Source: Minisyncoccia bacterium
GTDB taxonomy: Bacteria > Patescibacteriota > Minisyncoccia > Phycocordibacterales > DATDWN01
Direction: 5' to 3'
Assembly: GCA_049297675.1 (NCBI GenBank)
Contig: JBAQUS010000015.1
Coordinates: 65,414 to 129,413, forward strand
DNA length: 64,000 bases
Part shown: in pieces, positions 38,777-49,293 of the stretch
Numbering within the stretch: the stretch's first letter is position 1
Layout: each line of letters starts with the position of its first letter
Notes under the pieces: generated by a model
Databases searched by the model: none
What the model saw: the letters and a program-made list of their open reading frames with translations, nothing else
What the model was told of the DNA's origin: nothing
Program-made: the position numbers and the translations under genes

Positions 38777-40369
38777 CTATTTAATGAAAGTCACCACTTC
38801 CTCTCCACCTGAAAGTCCAGAAAGAACCTCAACATCACCACCATCAGCTTCTAATCCAACAGATACTTCTGTTTCGATGAAAGTTTTATTTTTCGGATCA
38901 TTCACTACTCTAACTATTTTTTTGCCATCTTTGTTTATTACTGCAGATGAAGGTGCAACTAGAGCCTCTTTTTTCTCTGAAACTAGGATAGTCATGTTTG
39001 ATGTCATGCCCGGCTTTATTTCAGGAATATTTTCCAAGCTCCCTGTGATTTTATAATTCACGACACCAGAAACAAGTGTTGAAGCTGGATTAACTGTAAG
39101 CACTTTACTCTGATAATGTCTGTCAGGACCAAGGGCGTCAAAAGTATTATCGATTGTTTGTCCAACCAAAACCGACGCTATATCCGCTTCACTGACCTGA
39201 GCTTCTGTATGAAGCTCGGATACATCCAAGAGCTTTATAACTGGACTCATTGCCGTTGCTTGTTCACCAAGTTTAACGTTAACTTGAGTTATTGTTCCCT
39301 TTTGAGGTGCTGTAATTACAGTATTATTAAGAGCTGAAAGAGCAGAACTATACTGACCCTCCGCTGACTGCACTTGGGCTAAAGCAATATTTATATCCTC
39401 TGTCCTTGCCCCAGATTTCTTTAAAGCCAATGTCGCTTTTGCTTGTGCTAGAGAATAGTTCGCAGATTTTACTGCCTGATTGTATGTAGTCAGAGTTGTA
39501 AAGCCAGTATCGACAGTGGTCTTGGCAGTAGAGACACTTGTGGCATAAGTCGTAACTGTGGTTTGTGTTCCGCCACTTGTGATCTGAGTATAGTTAGTAA
39601 GTATGCTTATTATACTACCGAGATAGCTACTAATTTTTGAAAGGTTTGCTAGGGACTCTGTGGTTAAAGAATCGACATTTCCGTCATTTATATTTCCAAC
39701 TTTACTCTGCCAATCTAACAGCATTGTGTTTATGGTCACTCTGTCTTGGTTTACCTCAGTAACTGACTGACTATTTGTTTGAACCGTCCCTGGAATACTA
39801 AACTGCGGAGAATTTGACTGCGGACTGGAGAAAAGAACATTGGTTGAAGAAATAACAGCTGTGTATGAATCGTTGTATGATTTTTTTATCTGATTTATAA
39901 GCGTTTGCCTTGAATTGTCGAGCGTGACTTGAGAAGAGTCCACTGCAGACTGACTGACTGCAACATCTTCCTCTGTCGCACCAGATCTAATTTTTTCATA
40001 ATTTGCTTTAGCTTGAGTTAGGGCTCCTCTGGCACTTTCTAAATTTGCTGATGCAGTACCCTGGTCGAGTGAAGCAAGAACTTGGCCAGACGAAACTTTG
40101 TCCCCCTCTTTAACATTGAGCCTCCTGACTACCCCACTAGCCTGAAAACTGAGACTGAGATCTGTCGCACTCACTACCTGACCAGTTGTTAGGACGGTTT
40201 TCTTTATGTCTTTCCTTACAACAATAGCAGTCTGTATGGACTTGTTTTCAGGCTCCCTAATAAAGAAAAACCAACCCAAAAACAGAACTAAAAGTAAAAC
40301 GATTGTCCAGATAATTCTCCTCTTAGTAAAAAACGATCTAACACGCATAAGTAATGTAATAAATTTCAT
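38777..40369 (-). CDS. Periplasmic adaptor / membrane-fusion protein (HlyD/MacA family) with N-terminal TM anchor and long coiled-coil hairpin
   Basis: TM helix, lipoyl-like and coiled-coil regions, C-terminal beta-barrel; first gene of the ABC efflux operon. Confidence 0.8.
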   Translation of the reverse strand: MKFITLLMRVRSFFTKRRIIWTIVLLLVLFLGWFFFIREPENKSIQTAIVVRKDIKKTVLTTGQVVSATDLSLSFQASGVVRRLNVKEGDKVSSGQVLASLDQGTASANLESARGALTQAKANYEKIRSGATEEDVAVSQSAVDSSQVTLDNSRQTLINQIKKSYNDSYTAVISSTNVLFSSPQSNSPQFSIPGTVQTNSQSVTEVNQDRVTINTMLLDWQSKVGNINDGNVDSLTTESLANLSKISSYLGSIISILTNYTQITSGGTQTTVTTYATSVSTAKTTVDTGFTTLTTYNQAVKSANYSLAQAKATLALKKSGARTEDINIALAQVQSAEGQYSSALSALNNTVITAPQKGTITQVNVKLGEQATAMSPVIKLLDVSELHTEAQVSEADIASVLVGQTIDNTFDALGPDRHYQSKVLTVNPASTLVSGVVNYKITGSLENIPEIKPGMTSNMTILVSEKKEALVAPSSAVINKDGKKIVRVVNDPKNKTFIETEVSVGLEADGGDVEVLSGLSGGEEVVTFIK

Positions 40370-40434
40370 TTTTTTAGATTAACATAAAATTGCCTCATTT
40401 CAAAATCACTTATCAGAAATTAGAAACTTGAAAT

Positions 40435-40947
40435 TTACTTCAGTCCTTTACAGTTCCCCCCGGGAGTAAATCCCGCTTGGCGAGCAAGTTCTATTGAAGC
40501 AAAGTAAACTCGATTTTCTGGCTTGATTCTTTTGACTGTGCCACACCAGGGATAATAATATTTTTTACCGGATTTAGAACCTATTACTTCACCACTTGTC
40601 TCCGGCACAGGAACAACTATTACTTGTTTCTTCTCTGTTGTTTTGTTTTCACTCAAGACACTTTGGTCTGTAACTTTTTCCTCTACTTTTTCACCCGTTT
40701 GACTTGAGCTTATTACATTAGCCACCTCATATTTAACAGAAATGGGAGTCTTGCCCGGTATCTCGCTAGATAGCCTTCCTAACCCAAACAGTATTCCACC
40801 AGAAATGAGGCTTAAAATAAGCATATAAAACGGCTTGACCCCGTTAGAGAACGCTTTGACGATCTCAAAGCTTCGATCGCCCTGTGGCGATCTTTCTCTA
40901 ACGGGGTTGATTTTTTCCAAATTCTCCTTTATACTACGCATGTCCAA
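40435..40947 (-). CDS. Membrane-anchored protein with C-terminal Ada-like Cys-rich metal-binding domain
   Basis: N-terminal TM (FYMLILSLISGGILFGL); C-terminal YYYPWCGTVKRIKPENRVYFASIELARQAGFTPGGNCKG resembles the Ada_Zn_binding pattern (C...NRV.F.S.E.A...GF.PC..C). Confidence 0.45.
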   Translation of the reverse strand: MDMRSIKENLEKINPVRERSPQGDRSFEIVKAFSNGVKPFYMLILSLISGGILFGLGRLSSEIPGKTPISVKYEVANVISSSQTGEKVEEKVTDQSVLSENKTTEKKQVIVVPVPETSGEVIGSKSGKKYYYPWCGTVKRIKPENRVYFASIELARQAGFTPGGNCKGLK

Positions 40948-41108
40948 AACATTATCAGATATGTAATTGAAAATACAGAGCTTTCAGATTTGAGTGAAGT
41001 TCGAGGAGAGAGTGAGTATTGCGACCAAAGTGTACATGTCGTACTCTGCGGGAGCAAACGGAACTCTCGACAAAGAAATTCACCAAATCTGGAAACTCTG
41101 CTAAAGAA

Positions 41109-41381
41109 ATGGCACATAAGAAATCAGCGGGGACAACCAAAAACGGCCGAGATTCAAATCCAAAATATCTCGGAGTCAAGCTAAACCACGGGGACAAGGC
41201 TTTCCCGGGTGCTATTTTGATTAGACAAAGAGGCACTGATGTACTGCCCGGAAAAAATGTCGGTATGGGAAAAGATAATACTCTTTTTGCACTAACAAAT
41301 GGAACTATTCAGTTCACCACAAAAAGAAAAACTCATTTTGATAATAAAGTGATGGTTAAAAAAGTTGTCAACGTTATTTAA
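41109..41381 (+). CDS. rpmA: 50S ribosomal protein L27 (no N-terminal pro-peptide extension)
   Basis: [29 protein letters not shown]...ILIRQRGT...[15 protein letters not shown] is near-identical to the L27 consensus. The start was moved to MAHKK. Confidence 0.9.
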   Translation: MAHKKSAGTTKNGRDSNPKYLGVKLNHGDKAFPGAILIRQRGTDVLPGKNVGMGKDNTLFALTNGTIQFTTKRKTHFDNKVMVKKVVNVI

Positions 41382-41382
41382 C

Positions 41383-41408
41383 AAAAAACCTCCAAATGGA
41401 GGTTTTTT
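41383..41408. terminator. Bidirectional intrinsic terminator aaaaaacctcc-aaat-ggaggtttttt shared by rpmA (+) and rplI (-)
   Basis: A perfect 11-bp stem with A and T runs on both sides. Confidence 0.7.
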
Positions 41409-41409
41409 G

Positions 41410-41853
41410 TTAAATTGCTGAAATATTTACTTGAAACTCTGATTTCTTTCCAAGTACTTCAATAGGCACTTTATGCTCACCTACTTCCTTGATCGGTTTG
41501 TCGAGTTTTATACTTTCTGTGTCAATATTAAACTTCGTCTGTTTCATTAACTCTTCGGCTATCATTTCTTTAGTTACTCCAGCAAACAAGTGACCCTTCT
41601 CATTTGTTTTCTCCTTAAACTCCAGAGTAACGCTCCTAATTGACTCCAAGCTCTTCAATAACAAATCATTCTGAATTTTCTTCTGTGCTAAATCTTTTAC
41701 TTTTGATTCCTCCACTTTTTTTATCAAATCAGGTGTGGCTTTCTGCGCTAAACCTCTCGGTATTAATAAGTTTAAAGCATAGCCATCCGAAACATCCTTT
41801 ACATCATATCTTTTTCCTACCTTCGGAACATCTTTTAAGAGAATTATCTTCAT
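41410..41853 (-). CDS. rplI: 50S ribosomal protein L9
   Basis: MKIILLKDVPKVGKRYDVKDVSDGYALNLLIPRGLA matches the L9 N-domain; 147 aa. Confidence 0.9.
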   Translation of the reverse strand: MKIILLKDVPKVGKRYDVKDVSDGYALNLLIPRGLAQKATPDLIKKVEESKVKDLAQKKIQNDLLLKSLESIRSVTLEFKEKTNEKGHLFAGVTKEMIAEELMKQTKFNIDTESIKLDKPIKEVGEHKVPIEVLGKKSEFQVNISAI

Positions 41854-41867
41854 GATTTGTGTTTTGA

Positions 41868-43184
41868 TTATTGGTTAAGTATTTCAATAGCTTTGTCTAG
41901 TTGTGTGTCTGTCTTATCCTTTTTGTATGCCTCTTCGTCAAGTTCAACTTCGAAATCGGGTTTAAGTCCATGATCCGAAATCGAAATTCCATTTGGTGTT
42001 AACCATTTTGCTATTGTTACCTTAAGTGATGTTTTTGGATTATCTGTTATCTCAAACAGTTCCTGAACCGACCCTTTTCCAAACGACTTCTTGCCGACTA
42101 GAATTGCCCTTCCGTGGTCTTTCAATGCTCCTGCTAAAATTTCTGATGCGCTAGCTGATCCAGCATCTATTAGGATAGCCATTTTAAGCGTGTCACTAAA
42201 TACATTGTATCCCCTACTTCTAAAAGTCTGATTATCTTCTTCATTTTTAAATACTTCTCTTACTACAACTTCACCTGCTGGCAAGAACCATGAGGCCATG
42301 TCCCAGGCGGCTTCTAGATATCCTCCCGGATTTCCACGAAGGTCAATTATAATTTTATCTAGACCCGACTCGTAAAACTCCCGAAGGGCATCCCTAAAAA
42401 GTCCCGGTGAAATTTGGGAAAAACTGTAAAGACGAACGATGAAAACCTTCCCCTTTATTTCTGTGTCTACCGTAGGAAGATTAATAAAATCCCTAACTAT
42501 GCTTTTTTCCAATGGCTCTTTCTCGCCCGCTCTATAAAGTAGTAGTTTAACTGATGTGCCTTTTTTTCCACGAATTAGTTTTACAGCTTCCTCAACAGGC
42601 ATTTTTTCTGTAATTCTATCATCAATTTTGAGAATCTTGTCACCGGTTTTCACTCCTGCTTTGTAAGCTGGGCTATTTTTTATTGGAGAAACTACAGTCA
42701 ATACCCCATCTCGAATATCTATTTCCATGCCCACTCCTTCTATCTGTCCACTAATTTGTTCGTCAAATGCTTTTGTTTCAACTGGAGGAAAGTAAACAGT
42801 ATATGGATCCTCCATAGCAGAAGTCATACCAGAGATGGCTCCATAAAGTCTGGCTTTACCGTCAGTTACATCCGTGCTACTTGCAGAGCCTACAAAATGC
42901 TCATCAATTTTTCTCCAAGCAAGCCAAAACGGCTCAAAATCAAGATCAGTTGTGGTTGATGCAAAAGAAGTATTTCTTATTATGAGTGACAATTTCTCCT
43001 CCTCTGATTTATTATTCTTCCCGTAGTTATAACCTAGAACAAAAGCCAGGCCAAAAATCAAAACCCCGATTGTTAAATAGTTTCTCTGCTTAAAAAAGTT
43101 ATCCATGTTTTTAAAAACTTTTCTAATTCTCTCAAATAAACAACTTATGGTCAATTCCGAATTTTTAACGAGTCGTGTAATCAC
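41868..43184 (-). CDS. Carboxyl-terminal processing protease (S41 family, Ctp/Prc-like) with PDZ domain and N-terminal TM
   Basis: PDZ region, then ILIDAGSASASEILAGALKD and VLVGKKSFGKGSVQ (the S41 Ser/Lys dyad region). An alternative start at MDNFFKQ is possible. Confidence 0.85.
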   Translation of the reverse strand: MITRLVKNSELTISCLFERIRKVFKNMDNFFKQRNYLTIGVLIFGLAFVLGYNYGKNNKSEEEKLSLIIRNTSFASTTTDLDFEPFWLAWRKIDEHFVGSASSTDVTDGKARLYGAISGMTSAMEDPYTVYFPPVETKAFDEQISGQIEGVGMEIDIRDGVLTVVSPIKNSPAYKAGVKTGDKILKIDDRITEKMPVEEAVKLIRGKKGTSVKLLLYRAGEKEPLEKSIVRDFINLPTVDTEIKGKVFIVRLYSFSQISPGLFRDALREFYESGLDKIIIDLRGNPGGYLEAAWDMASWFLPAGEVVVREVFKNEEDNQTFRSRGYNVFSDTLKMAILIDAGSASASEILAGALKDHGRAILVGKKSFGKGSVQELFEITDNPKTSLKVTIAKWLTPNGISISDHGLKPDFEVELDEEAYKKDKTDTQLDKAIEILNQ

Positions 43185-43657
43185 GACGACTATAAAAATT
43201 CAGGACACCGAGGTAGTCCGAGGTGTATCGAATTTAAACAATGCATCTCAGGTACTCCGAGGTGTAAGAATTTACAAAATCAATTTCTTTTTCTGACCAA
43301 TGATAAAATACATGGTTGTGTATGACGTTACACCTTCTTATCCACTTCTAGCCATTCTAGTAAGTAACTGTAATTCCAATCTGACCATTTATGCACATAC
43401 ACTTAAATTATGCTATAGCACAAGTTAAGTGTATGTTACTAATTATGGTATTTACTCGTAGAGTGAACTAGAAATAAATAATTAAGTATATTCAATTAGT
43501 TACCCATCTTGGACAAAGTGATCAGAGAGAGCATTCATTAAACCAAGGTCGAATTTTGAAATTTTTGCGACGTTCTAATTTGTAAACGAAAACCGCGAGA
43601 CGCGTTGGGACTTGATGTCCCGCGATTCTCGCGGTACTTGGAGGCCGAGCCTCCAAG

Positions 43658-44071
43658 TTACTTCGACAAGAGATATGCAGCGATGAATGCAAAGAAAAAG
43701 CCAAACGCATTCCTCACTGACAAACCACCGTTGGATGCAATGTGATTTGCAACTGGAACAGCGATTTGAACACACATCATCATGACAAAGAAGGATCCAA
43801 CGTTCTGTGGGGTGGACTTTGCAAGCCCACCGTTGAAAGCGATCACACCGATCGCACCAGCTAGGCCCGCAGTGAGCGCATACAACCACTTTGCTGATGT
43901 GAAGAGTGTTGCACTTGCTCCACTGAGTGCCAACGGCAACACCAACAAAAAACTTGTGCCACTGAAAACTGCTGCCGAGATGTTGCCTCCGAGCCCACTT
44001 CTGTTCATGAGAAGTGGCCACACTCCAAAGAACAATCCTGCCAAAATTGCTCGCAATTGCATCTCAGTCAT
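43658..44071 (-). CDS. Small 4-TM transporter-like membrane protein (SMR/EamA-half-like), GC-rich (about 50%), flanked by GC hairpins
   Basis: 137 aa with four hydrophobic helices rich in G/A. GC-rich codons contrast with the neighbours. Hairpins cttggaggccgagcctccaag and ccgcgaga..tctcgcgg lie just downstream. Confidence 0.5.
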   Translation of the reverse strand: MTEMQLRAILAGLFFGVWPLLMNRSGLGGNISAAVFSGTSFLLVLPLALSGASATLFTSAKWLYALTAGLAGAIGVIAFNGGLAKSTPQNVGSFFVMMMCVQIAVPVANHIASNGGLSVRNAFGFFFAFIAAYLLSK

Positions 44072-44207
44072 GTTGGCTCCATATTGATGAACTTTCGGAA
44101 CGAATCTAGTACGTTTATTCTGATGTTATTATATAACAATTAACTGCTACTAGTCAAGTGAGCGCATGAATTTGGCTTAAAATATAGTTATTTTGTGTAG
44201 GGCCCTT

Positions 44208-44383
44208 CAAAATTTCGTTGAACTAAAACTTTTGGAAGACCCCACAGACCTGTGAAGTCGATTTTGTCAAAGAACGAGCGAAGCGAGGTCACTCTCAAAT
44301 CAAGGTCGAGGACTAAGCGAACGAAGCGCAGGCGAAAGTGAGCGGTCTGGAAAAAGTTTTGGTGAGAAAGAAATTTTGAAATC
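44208..44383. repeat. GC-enriched non-coding element 'B', homologous to element 'A' (17658..17944)
   Basis: 5' caaaatttcgttgaactaaaacttttggaagaccccacagacc and 3' ggtgagaaagaaattttgaaatc align with A's termini. Shared internal blocks are atcaaggtcgag and gactaagcgaacgaagcg. Confidence 0.35.
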
Positions 44384-44394
44384 ATCTTGTATAC

Positions 44395-45348
44395 ATGAGG
44401 AAAAAATTACCATATAATTACTTTATGATAACCAGGCACAAATACAGGGGTGAGACATGGATTGATATTGACTCTGGAACTTCTGAGGAGATTCATAAAC
44501 TTATGGATGAATACAACATTCATCCATTTGTGGCAAAGGAGCTGACATCTGTGACACCAAAACCCCGAATAGAGTTCCATGACAAATACGTGTACTGCAT
44601 ACTGCACTTCCCTGCTTGGAAGCATACACACGAGTCGAACCATAGAAACCAGGAGGTGGATTTTATTATTAGTCGAGATGTACTCATCACTGCAAGATAT
44701 GATACTATCGACGCCCTACATAGATTTTCAAAGGATTTAGAAGTTGAGGAAATTCTTGATAAACAGGGTGATATGCAGTACGGACACTCTCACCATCTTT
44801 TTATGAATATGCTAAGGGGCCTCTACAACGGACTCTTTGAGGAGCTTGCCTATATAGACGACATGACAGAGAACATTACCAGCAAAATTTTTAAGGGTAA
44901 GGAGAGGGAAATGGTAATTAAAATCTCAGAAGTTACTCGAACTCTGCTCAACTTCAAAAGAGTGACAGATTTACACCAAGAGATACTTGAAGCTCTAAAG
45001 CACAGAGGCGAAGAAATTTTTGGAAAAGAATTTTCAAACGAAGTAGAATCTATAATTTTGGAATATTTAAAAATAAACACCACAATAAGGTCCAATCTTG
45101 AGGTCTTGCACGAGCTTCGCGATACAAATAACTCGCTCCTAACAACAAAACAGAATGAGATTGTAAAACAACTTACGGTACTTGGGTTTGTTATCCTACC
45201 TTTAAACCTTATTGCATGGATGTTTGCTATGAGAGTAGACGGACTGCCTTTCCTCAATAACCCAAATGGTTTTTTGATTGTCCTTGTGATAATGATAGCC
45301 TCAGCCTCAATTGCCCTAGCCTATGCCAAACATAAAAAGTGGCTTTGA
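44395..45348 (+). CDS. CorA-family divalent cation transporter homologue with a degenerate GMN motif (AMR)
   Basis: Soluble N-domain plus two C-terminal TM helices. LPLNLIAWMFAMRVDGLPF aligns to the CorA [20 protein letters not shown] segment, with YGMN replaced by FAMR. Confidence 0.6.
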   Translation: MRKKLPYNYFMITRHKYRGETWIDIDSGTSEEIHKLMDEYNIHPFVAKELTSVTPKPRIEFHDKYVYCILHFPAWKHTHESNHRNQEVDFIISRDVLITARYDTIDALHRFSKDLEVEEILDKQGDMQYGHSHHLFMNMLRGLYNGLFEELAYIDDMTENITSKIFKGKEREMVIKISEVTRTLLNFKRVTDLHQEILEALKHRGEEIFGKEFSNEVESIILEYLKINTTIRSNLEVLHELRDTNNSLLTTKQNEIVKQLTVLGFVILPLNLIAWMFAMRVDGLPFLNNPNGFLIVLVIMIASASIALAYAKHKKWL

Positions 45349-45366
45349 TAGTTTTATTTACTAATT

Positions 45367-46728
45367 ATGGATATCTACCTTCATAACACTCTAACTGACA
45401 GAAAAGAAAAATTCACCCCAATAAAAGATGGTGAAGTTAGTATGTATAACTGTGGTCCAACCGTTTATGATTATGCTCATATCGGTAATCTTCGTAGTTA
45501 TGTTTTAGCTGACACTATACGGAGGATGTTTGAATACAATGGGTTAAATGTAAAGCAAATAGTAAATATCACTGATATAGGACACCTCTCATCTGATCAA
45601 GACGATGGTGAGGATAAAATGACCAAGGCTTTAAAACGCGAAGGAAAGCCCTTCACTCTCCCTGCCATGAGAGAAGTGGCGAATTTATATTTTGAGAGGT
45701 TTAAAGAGGATTTGGTGAATTTAAATATCGAGCTTCCAGACAAGTTCCCTTTTGCTAGTGACTATATTAAGGAGGATATTGAGCTTGTGCAAATTCTCGT
45801 TGATAAGAGTATGACATACACAATTTCAGACGGAATTTATTTTGACACGAAAAAGTTTCCTCACTACGGCAAACTCGGAAATGTTAATATCGATGGTAGT
45901 GAACATTCGAGAATCGGTCTCAATCTAGAGAAAAATAGTCCTCAGGACTTTGCTCTGTGGAAATTTAGTGAAGGACTCGGATTTGATGCTCCTTTTGGTA
46001 AAGGTTTCCCAGGTTGGCACATAGAGTGTTCAGCAATGGCAAGAAAATATTTGGGTCAACCTTTTGATGTTCATACAGGTGGAATTGATCACATCCCAGT
46101 TCATCATAACAACGAAATTGCCCAATCAGAATCAGCCTATGATGTGCCACTTGCAAACTATTGGTTACATAATGCTCATCTCAAAATGGGAGAGGAAAAA
46201 ATGGCAAAGTCAGGTGGAAATTTCGTCAAGCTTAAAACCTTAAGAGAGAAGAATATTGACCCTATCGCACTTAAATATGTTTTTCTCTCAGCTAGATACT
46301 CCTCTCCCCTTCAATTTAGTCTTGAAGCACTTGAAGGTGCACAATCTGCAATCAATAAACTACGTGAGAAAGTCGTTTCATTACCTAATGGTGGAAAAAT
46401 TGTTAAAACCGACTTCCAAAAGTATATTAATGACGACTTGGATACTCCAAGTGCTTTAGCTTTAGTTTGGGAAATTTTAAAGAATGAGAAAGTAGCTGAC
46501 GAAGATAAGAAAGCAACTACACTAGACTTTGATAGAGTTTTGGGGTTGAGACTTGACCAAATCGAAACTTATGAGATACCTGATGAAGTCACTAATTTTG
46601 TCAAAGAAAGAGAGGATGCTAGAGAGAGGAAAGATTTTACAAAAAGTGACGAGCTAAGAGAGAAGATAGAGTCCTTAGGATTCGTAGTAAAAGATACAGA
46701 GAAGGGTCCCTTGGTCTCACCAAAATAG
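45367..46728 (+). CDS. cysS: Cysteinyl-tRNA synthetase
   Basis: [20 protein letters not shown] (HIGH); KMAKSGGN (KMSKS); 453 aa. Confidence 0.9.
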   Translation: MDIYLHNTLTDRKEKFTPIKDGEVSMYNCGPTVYDYAHIGNLRSYVLADTIRRMFEYNGLNVKQIVNITDIGHLSSDQDDGEDKMTKALKREGKPFTLPAMREVANLYFERFKEDLVNLNIELPDKFPFASDYIKEDIELVQILVDKSMTYTISDGIYFDTKKFPHYGKLGNVNIDGSEHSRIGLNLEKNSPQDFALWKFSEGLGFDAPFGKGFPGWHIECSAMARKYLGQPFDVHTGGIDHIPVHHNNEIAQSESAYDVPLANYWLHNAHLKMGEEKMAKSGGNFVKLKTLREKNIDPIALKYVFLSARYSSPLQFSLEALEGAQSAINKLREKVVSLPNGGKIVKTDFQKYINDDLDTPSALALVWEILKNEKVADEDKKATTLDFDRVLGLRLDQIETYEIPDEVTNFVKEREDARERKDFTKSDELREKIESLGFVVKDTEKGPLVSPK

Positions 46729-46885
46729 TCCACATCTTACTCACAACTTGTGCTGAAAGTTGAATTTCCTAAAAAAAAGTTCCGCGTGATAGAATGTCAC
46801 TCATGAATCTCGTTAGAAATATCGGAGATCATAATTATCAATATATACTGTATCAAATTATAATCTTGGAGATCTCAACAAATAA

Positions 46886-48277
46886 TTGATCTCTATTTCT
46901 AACTGGATGAATTCAAAACTCCGCATTCCTCCGCAGAACTTAGACGCTGAGATGGCCTTTCTCGGCTCTATTATGCTCCGCCCTGATTCACTTTATGAAG
47001 TAGTGGACATGGTTAAGCCAGACTCTTTTTATTCTGAAAAGCACAGAATAATTTTTGAGACAATGTTAGAGCTATTCAATAAGCACGTTCCCATAGACCT
47101 TTTGTCAGTATCAAACAGACTAAAAGAGAAAGGATGGCTTGACCAGATTGGTGGAAATACCTACCTTGTCGAACTGACCAACACAGTACCGACTGCAAGC
47201 AACGTAAAATATTATGCCGAGATAGTTGAGAAGAAATACATGATGAGACGACTCATAGAGGCTTCAAATCATATATCAGAGCTTGGTTATGAAGAAACAA
47301 AAGAACTAGAGGAAATTTTGGACTCGGCTGAGAAAAGGCTTTTCGATGTTACAAATTTCAACACCACGCACAAATTTAAATCGATAAAAGACGAGCTTCA
47401 CGAAGCATGGGAGAGACTGGATCATCTGCACAAGATGGACGGGGGGAACGGTCTGCGAGGAATACCAACTGGCTTTTTAGATCTCGATAACAAGCTTTCG
47501 GGTTTACAGAAGTCAGACCTGATTATTTTGGCTGCGAGACCATCAATGGGAAAAACTTCCCTTGCCCTAGACATTGCTAGACAGACTGCAGTTGATCACA
47601 ACACACCTGTTGGTATTTTTTCCCTTGAAATGTCTAGTCAACAATTGGTAGATAGAATGCTCGCTGCTCAGTCAAACGTTGATGCTTGGAAAATGCGAAC
47701 AGGAAAACTATCTGTTCAGAATGACTTTGAGCTTATTAGAGAAGGTTTAGATAAGCTTAGTCGGGCACCGATTAATATAGACGACCAGCCCGGAAATAAT
47801 ATTTTGAAAATGAGAGCAATTGCCAGGAGACTGAAAAGTGAAAAAGGGTTGGGGCTTATTATTGTTGATTATTTACAACTCATGGTTCCAACACAGACTA
47901 AGAGTGACAATATGGTTCAGCAAGTTACTGAAATTTCAAGGTCATTGAAAAACCTAGCTCGTGAACTCGAGGTACCTGTCTTAGCACTCTCTCAACTTTC
48001 CCGTGCGATTGAAAGTCGTGGCGGTAGACCTCGTCTATCTGACCTACGTGACTCTGGGGCGATTGAACAAGATGCTGACGTTGTCATGTTTATTCATAGA
48101 GAAGATAAATACAAAGATGATGCAGACAAGACTAACATAGCTGAACTACTTATAGAGAAACACAGAAACGGTGAGACTGGAAAGATTGAGTTATTTTTTA
48201 ATGAAAAGAAGGCAACTTTTCAAAGTATTGATAAGAGTAAGTATAGTGGAGTTGAAAAAGAATTCAGTGATTTTTAG
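46886..48277 (+). CDS. dnaB: Replicative DNA helicase DnaB
   Basis: Walker A ARPSMGKTSLAL; RecA-like C-domain and N-terminal primase-interaction domain; 463 aa. Confidence 0.9.
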   Translation: MISISNWMNSKLRIPPQNLDAEMAFLGSIMLRPDSLYEVVDMVKPDSFYSEKHRIIFETMLELFNKHVPIDLLSVSNRLKEKGWLDQIGGNTYLVELTNTVPTASNVKYYAEIVEKKYMMRRLIEASNHISELGYEETKELEEILDSAEKRLFDVTNFNTTHKFKSIKDELHEAWERLDHLHKMDGGNGLRGIPTGFLDLDNKLSGLQKSDLIILAARPSMGKTSLALDIARQTAVDHNTPVGIFSLEMSSQQLVDRMLAAQSNVDAWKMRTGKLSVQNDFELIREGLDKLSRAPINIDDQPGNNILKMRAIARRLKSEKGLGLIIVDYLQLMVPTQTKSDNMVQQVTEISRSLKNLARELEVPVLALSQLSRAIESRGGRPRLSDLRDSGAIEQDADVVMFIHREDKYKDDADKTNIAELLIEKHRNGETGKIELFFNEKKATFQSIDKSKYSGVEKEFSDF

Positions 48278-48294
48278 TAATATATTCGTATTTC

Positions 48295-48915
48295 ATGGAT
48301 TCAACACAAAAACTAATAGAACTTTTTAAGGAATTTCCGGGAATAGGTCCTAGACAGGCCAAAAGGTTTGTTTATTTTTTGTTGAACAGAAATTCTGGGT
48401 ATGTAAATGATCTTACAAAATTAATTTCTGATGTTAGGTCAAAAGTCCACACCTGCGATTCTTGTTTACGTTTCTATGAAAATAGTAGAAGTGGTAATTG
48501 TCCTACTTGTAATGATGAGAATCGTGACAAAAAGAGTCTAATGATTGTCTCTCATGATGTGGATTTTGAAAACGTTGAGAAAACAAAATTCTACAACGGC
48601 TACTATTTTGTTTTAGGTGGAACAGTTCCAATCTTGGAAAAAAATCCGGAGAAAAGAATTAGACAAAAAGAACTGCTGGAGATTATTAACAAGAGAGTAA
48701 AAAACGGACTATCGGAAATAATCATTGCTCTAAACTACAATTCTGAGGGAGAAAACACTCTTTCCTACCTAACCGACCTGTTTACTAGGGTAACCCTAGT
48801 AAACCCTGGTACTAAAGTCAAAATTTCTACCTTGGGCAGAGGACTCTCAACTGGTACAGAGCTTGAGTATTCAGACTCTGAAACCATAAAAAACGCTTTG
48901 AAAAATAGACAATAG
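48295..48915 (+). CDS. recR: Recombination protein RecR
   Basis: HhH (FPGIGPRQAKRFVYFLL), C4 zinc finger (CDSC...CPTC), Toprim domain. Confidence 0.85.
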   Translation: MDSTQKLIELFKEFPGIGPRQAKRFVYFLLNRNSGYVNDLTKLISDVRSKVHTCDSCLRFYENSRSGNCPTCNDENRDKKSLMIVSHDVDFENVEKTKFYNGYYFVLGGTVPILEKNPEKRIRQKELLEIINKRVKNGLSEIIIALNYNSEGENTLSYLTDLFTRVTLVNPGTKVKISTLGRGLSTGTELEYSDSETIKNALKNRQ

Positions 48916-48923
48916 GGAGTATT

Positions 48924-49196
48924 ATGGGGCTTGGAGGTATCATGTCAAAGAGACGACCAGGTGAAATTTATGTTCCCTCGCTCAAACTCACTCCAAAACT
49001 GATGGCAAAAATTGAGAAGATTGCAGAAAAAAACAGAAAGGAAGAGGAGCGACGAAAGAAACAGGAGGAACGGGATGTTCACCGAAAGGACATACAAGGC
49101 GGGGTTCGTCTCGGACTAACCGTAAGGCAAATACTCTGGCTCGACAGGCGTTATGCTCGTAAGTATCACGAGCATTGGAACGGGCGAGTCGGCTGA
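48924..49196 (+). CDS. Hypothetical small basic protein (90 aa), GC-rich (about 50%), followed by a GC-rich stem-loop
   Basis: SD AGGGAG then 5 nt then ATG. No family recognised. The hairpin ggcgtcccgcggggggcgcc plus T-run lies at ~49223..49250. Confidence 0.4.
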   Translation: MGLGGIMSKRRPGEIYVPSLKLTPKLMAKIEKIAEKNRKEEERRKKQEERDVHRKDIQGGVRLGLTVRQILWLDRRYARKYHEHWNGRVG

Positions 49197-49264
49197 ACCC
49201 AGCTCACAATTGCACAAGAAAAGGCGTCCCGCGGGGGGCGCCTAATCTTTTATATACAGGTAAT

Positions 49265-49283
49265 GTCAAGGGGCATCCTTGAC
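49265..49283. terminator. gtcaagg-ggcat-ccttgac hairpin plus T-run, between the convergent 48924..49196 (+) and rplU (-) genes
   Basis: Read directly. Confidence 0.5.
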
Positions 49284-49293
49284 ATTTTAGGAG

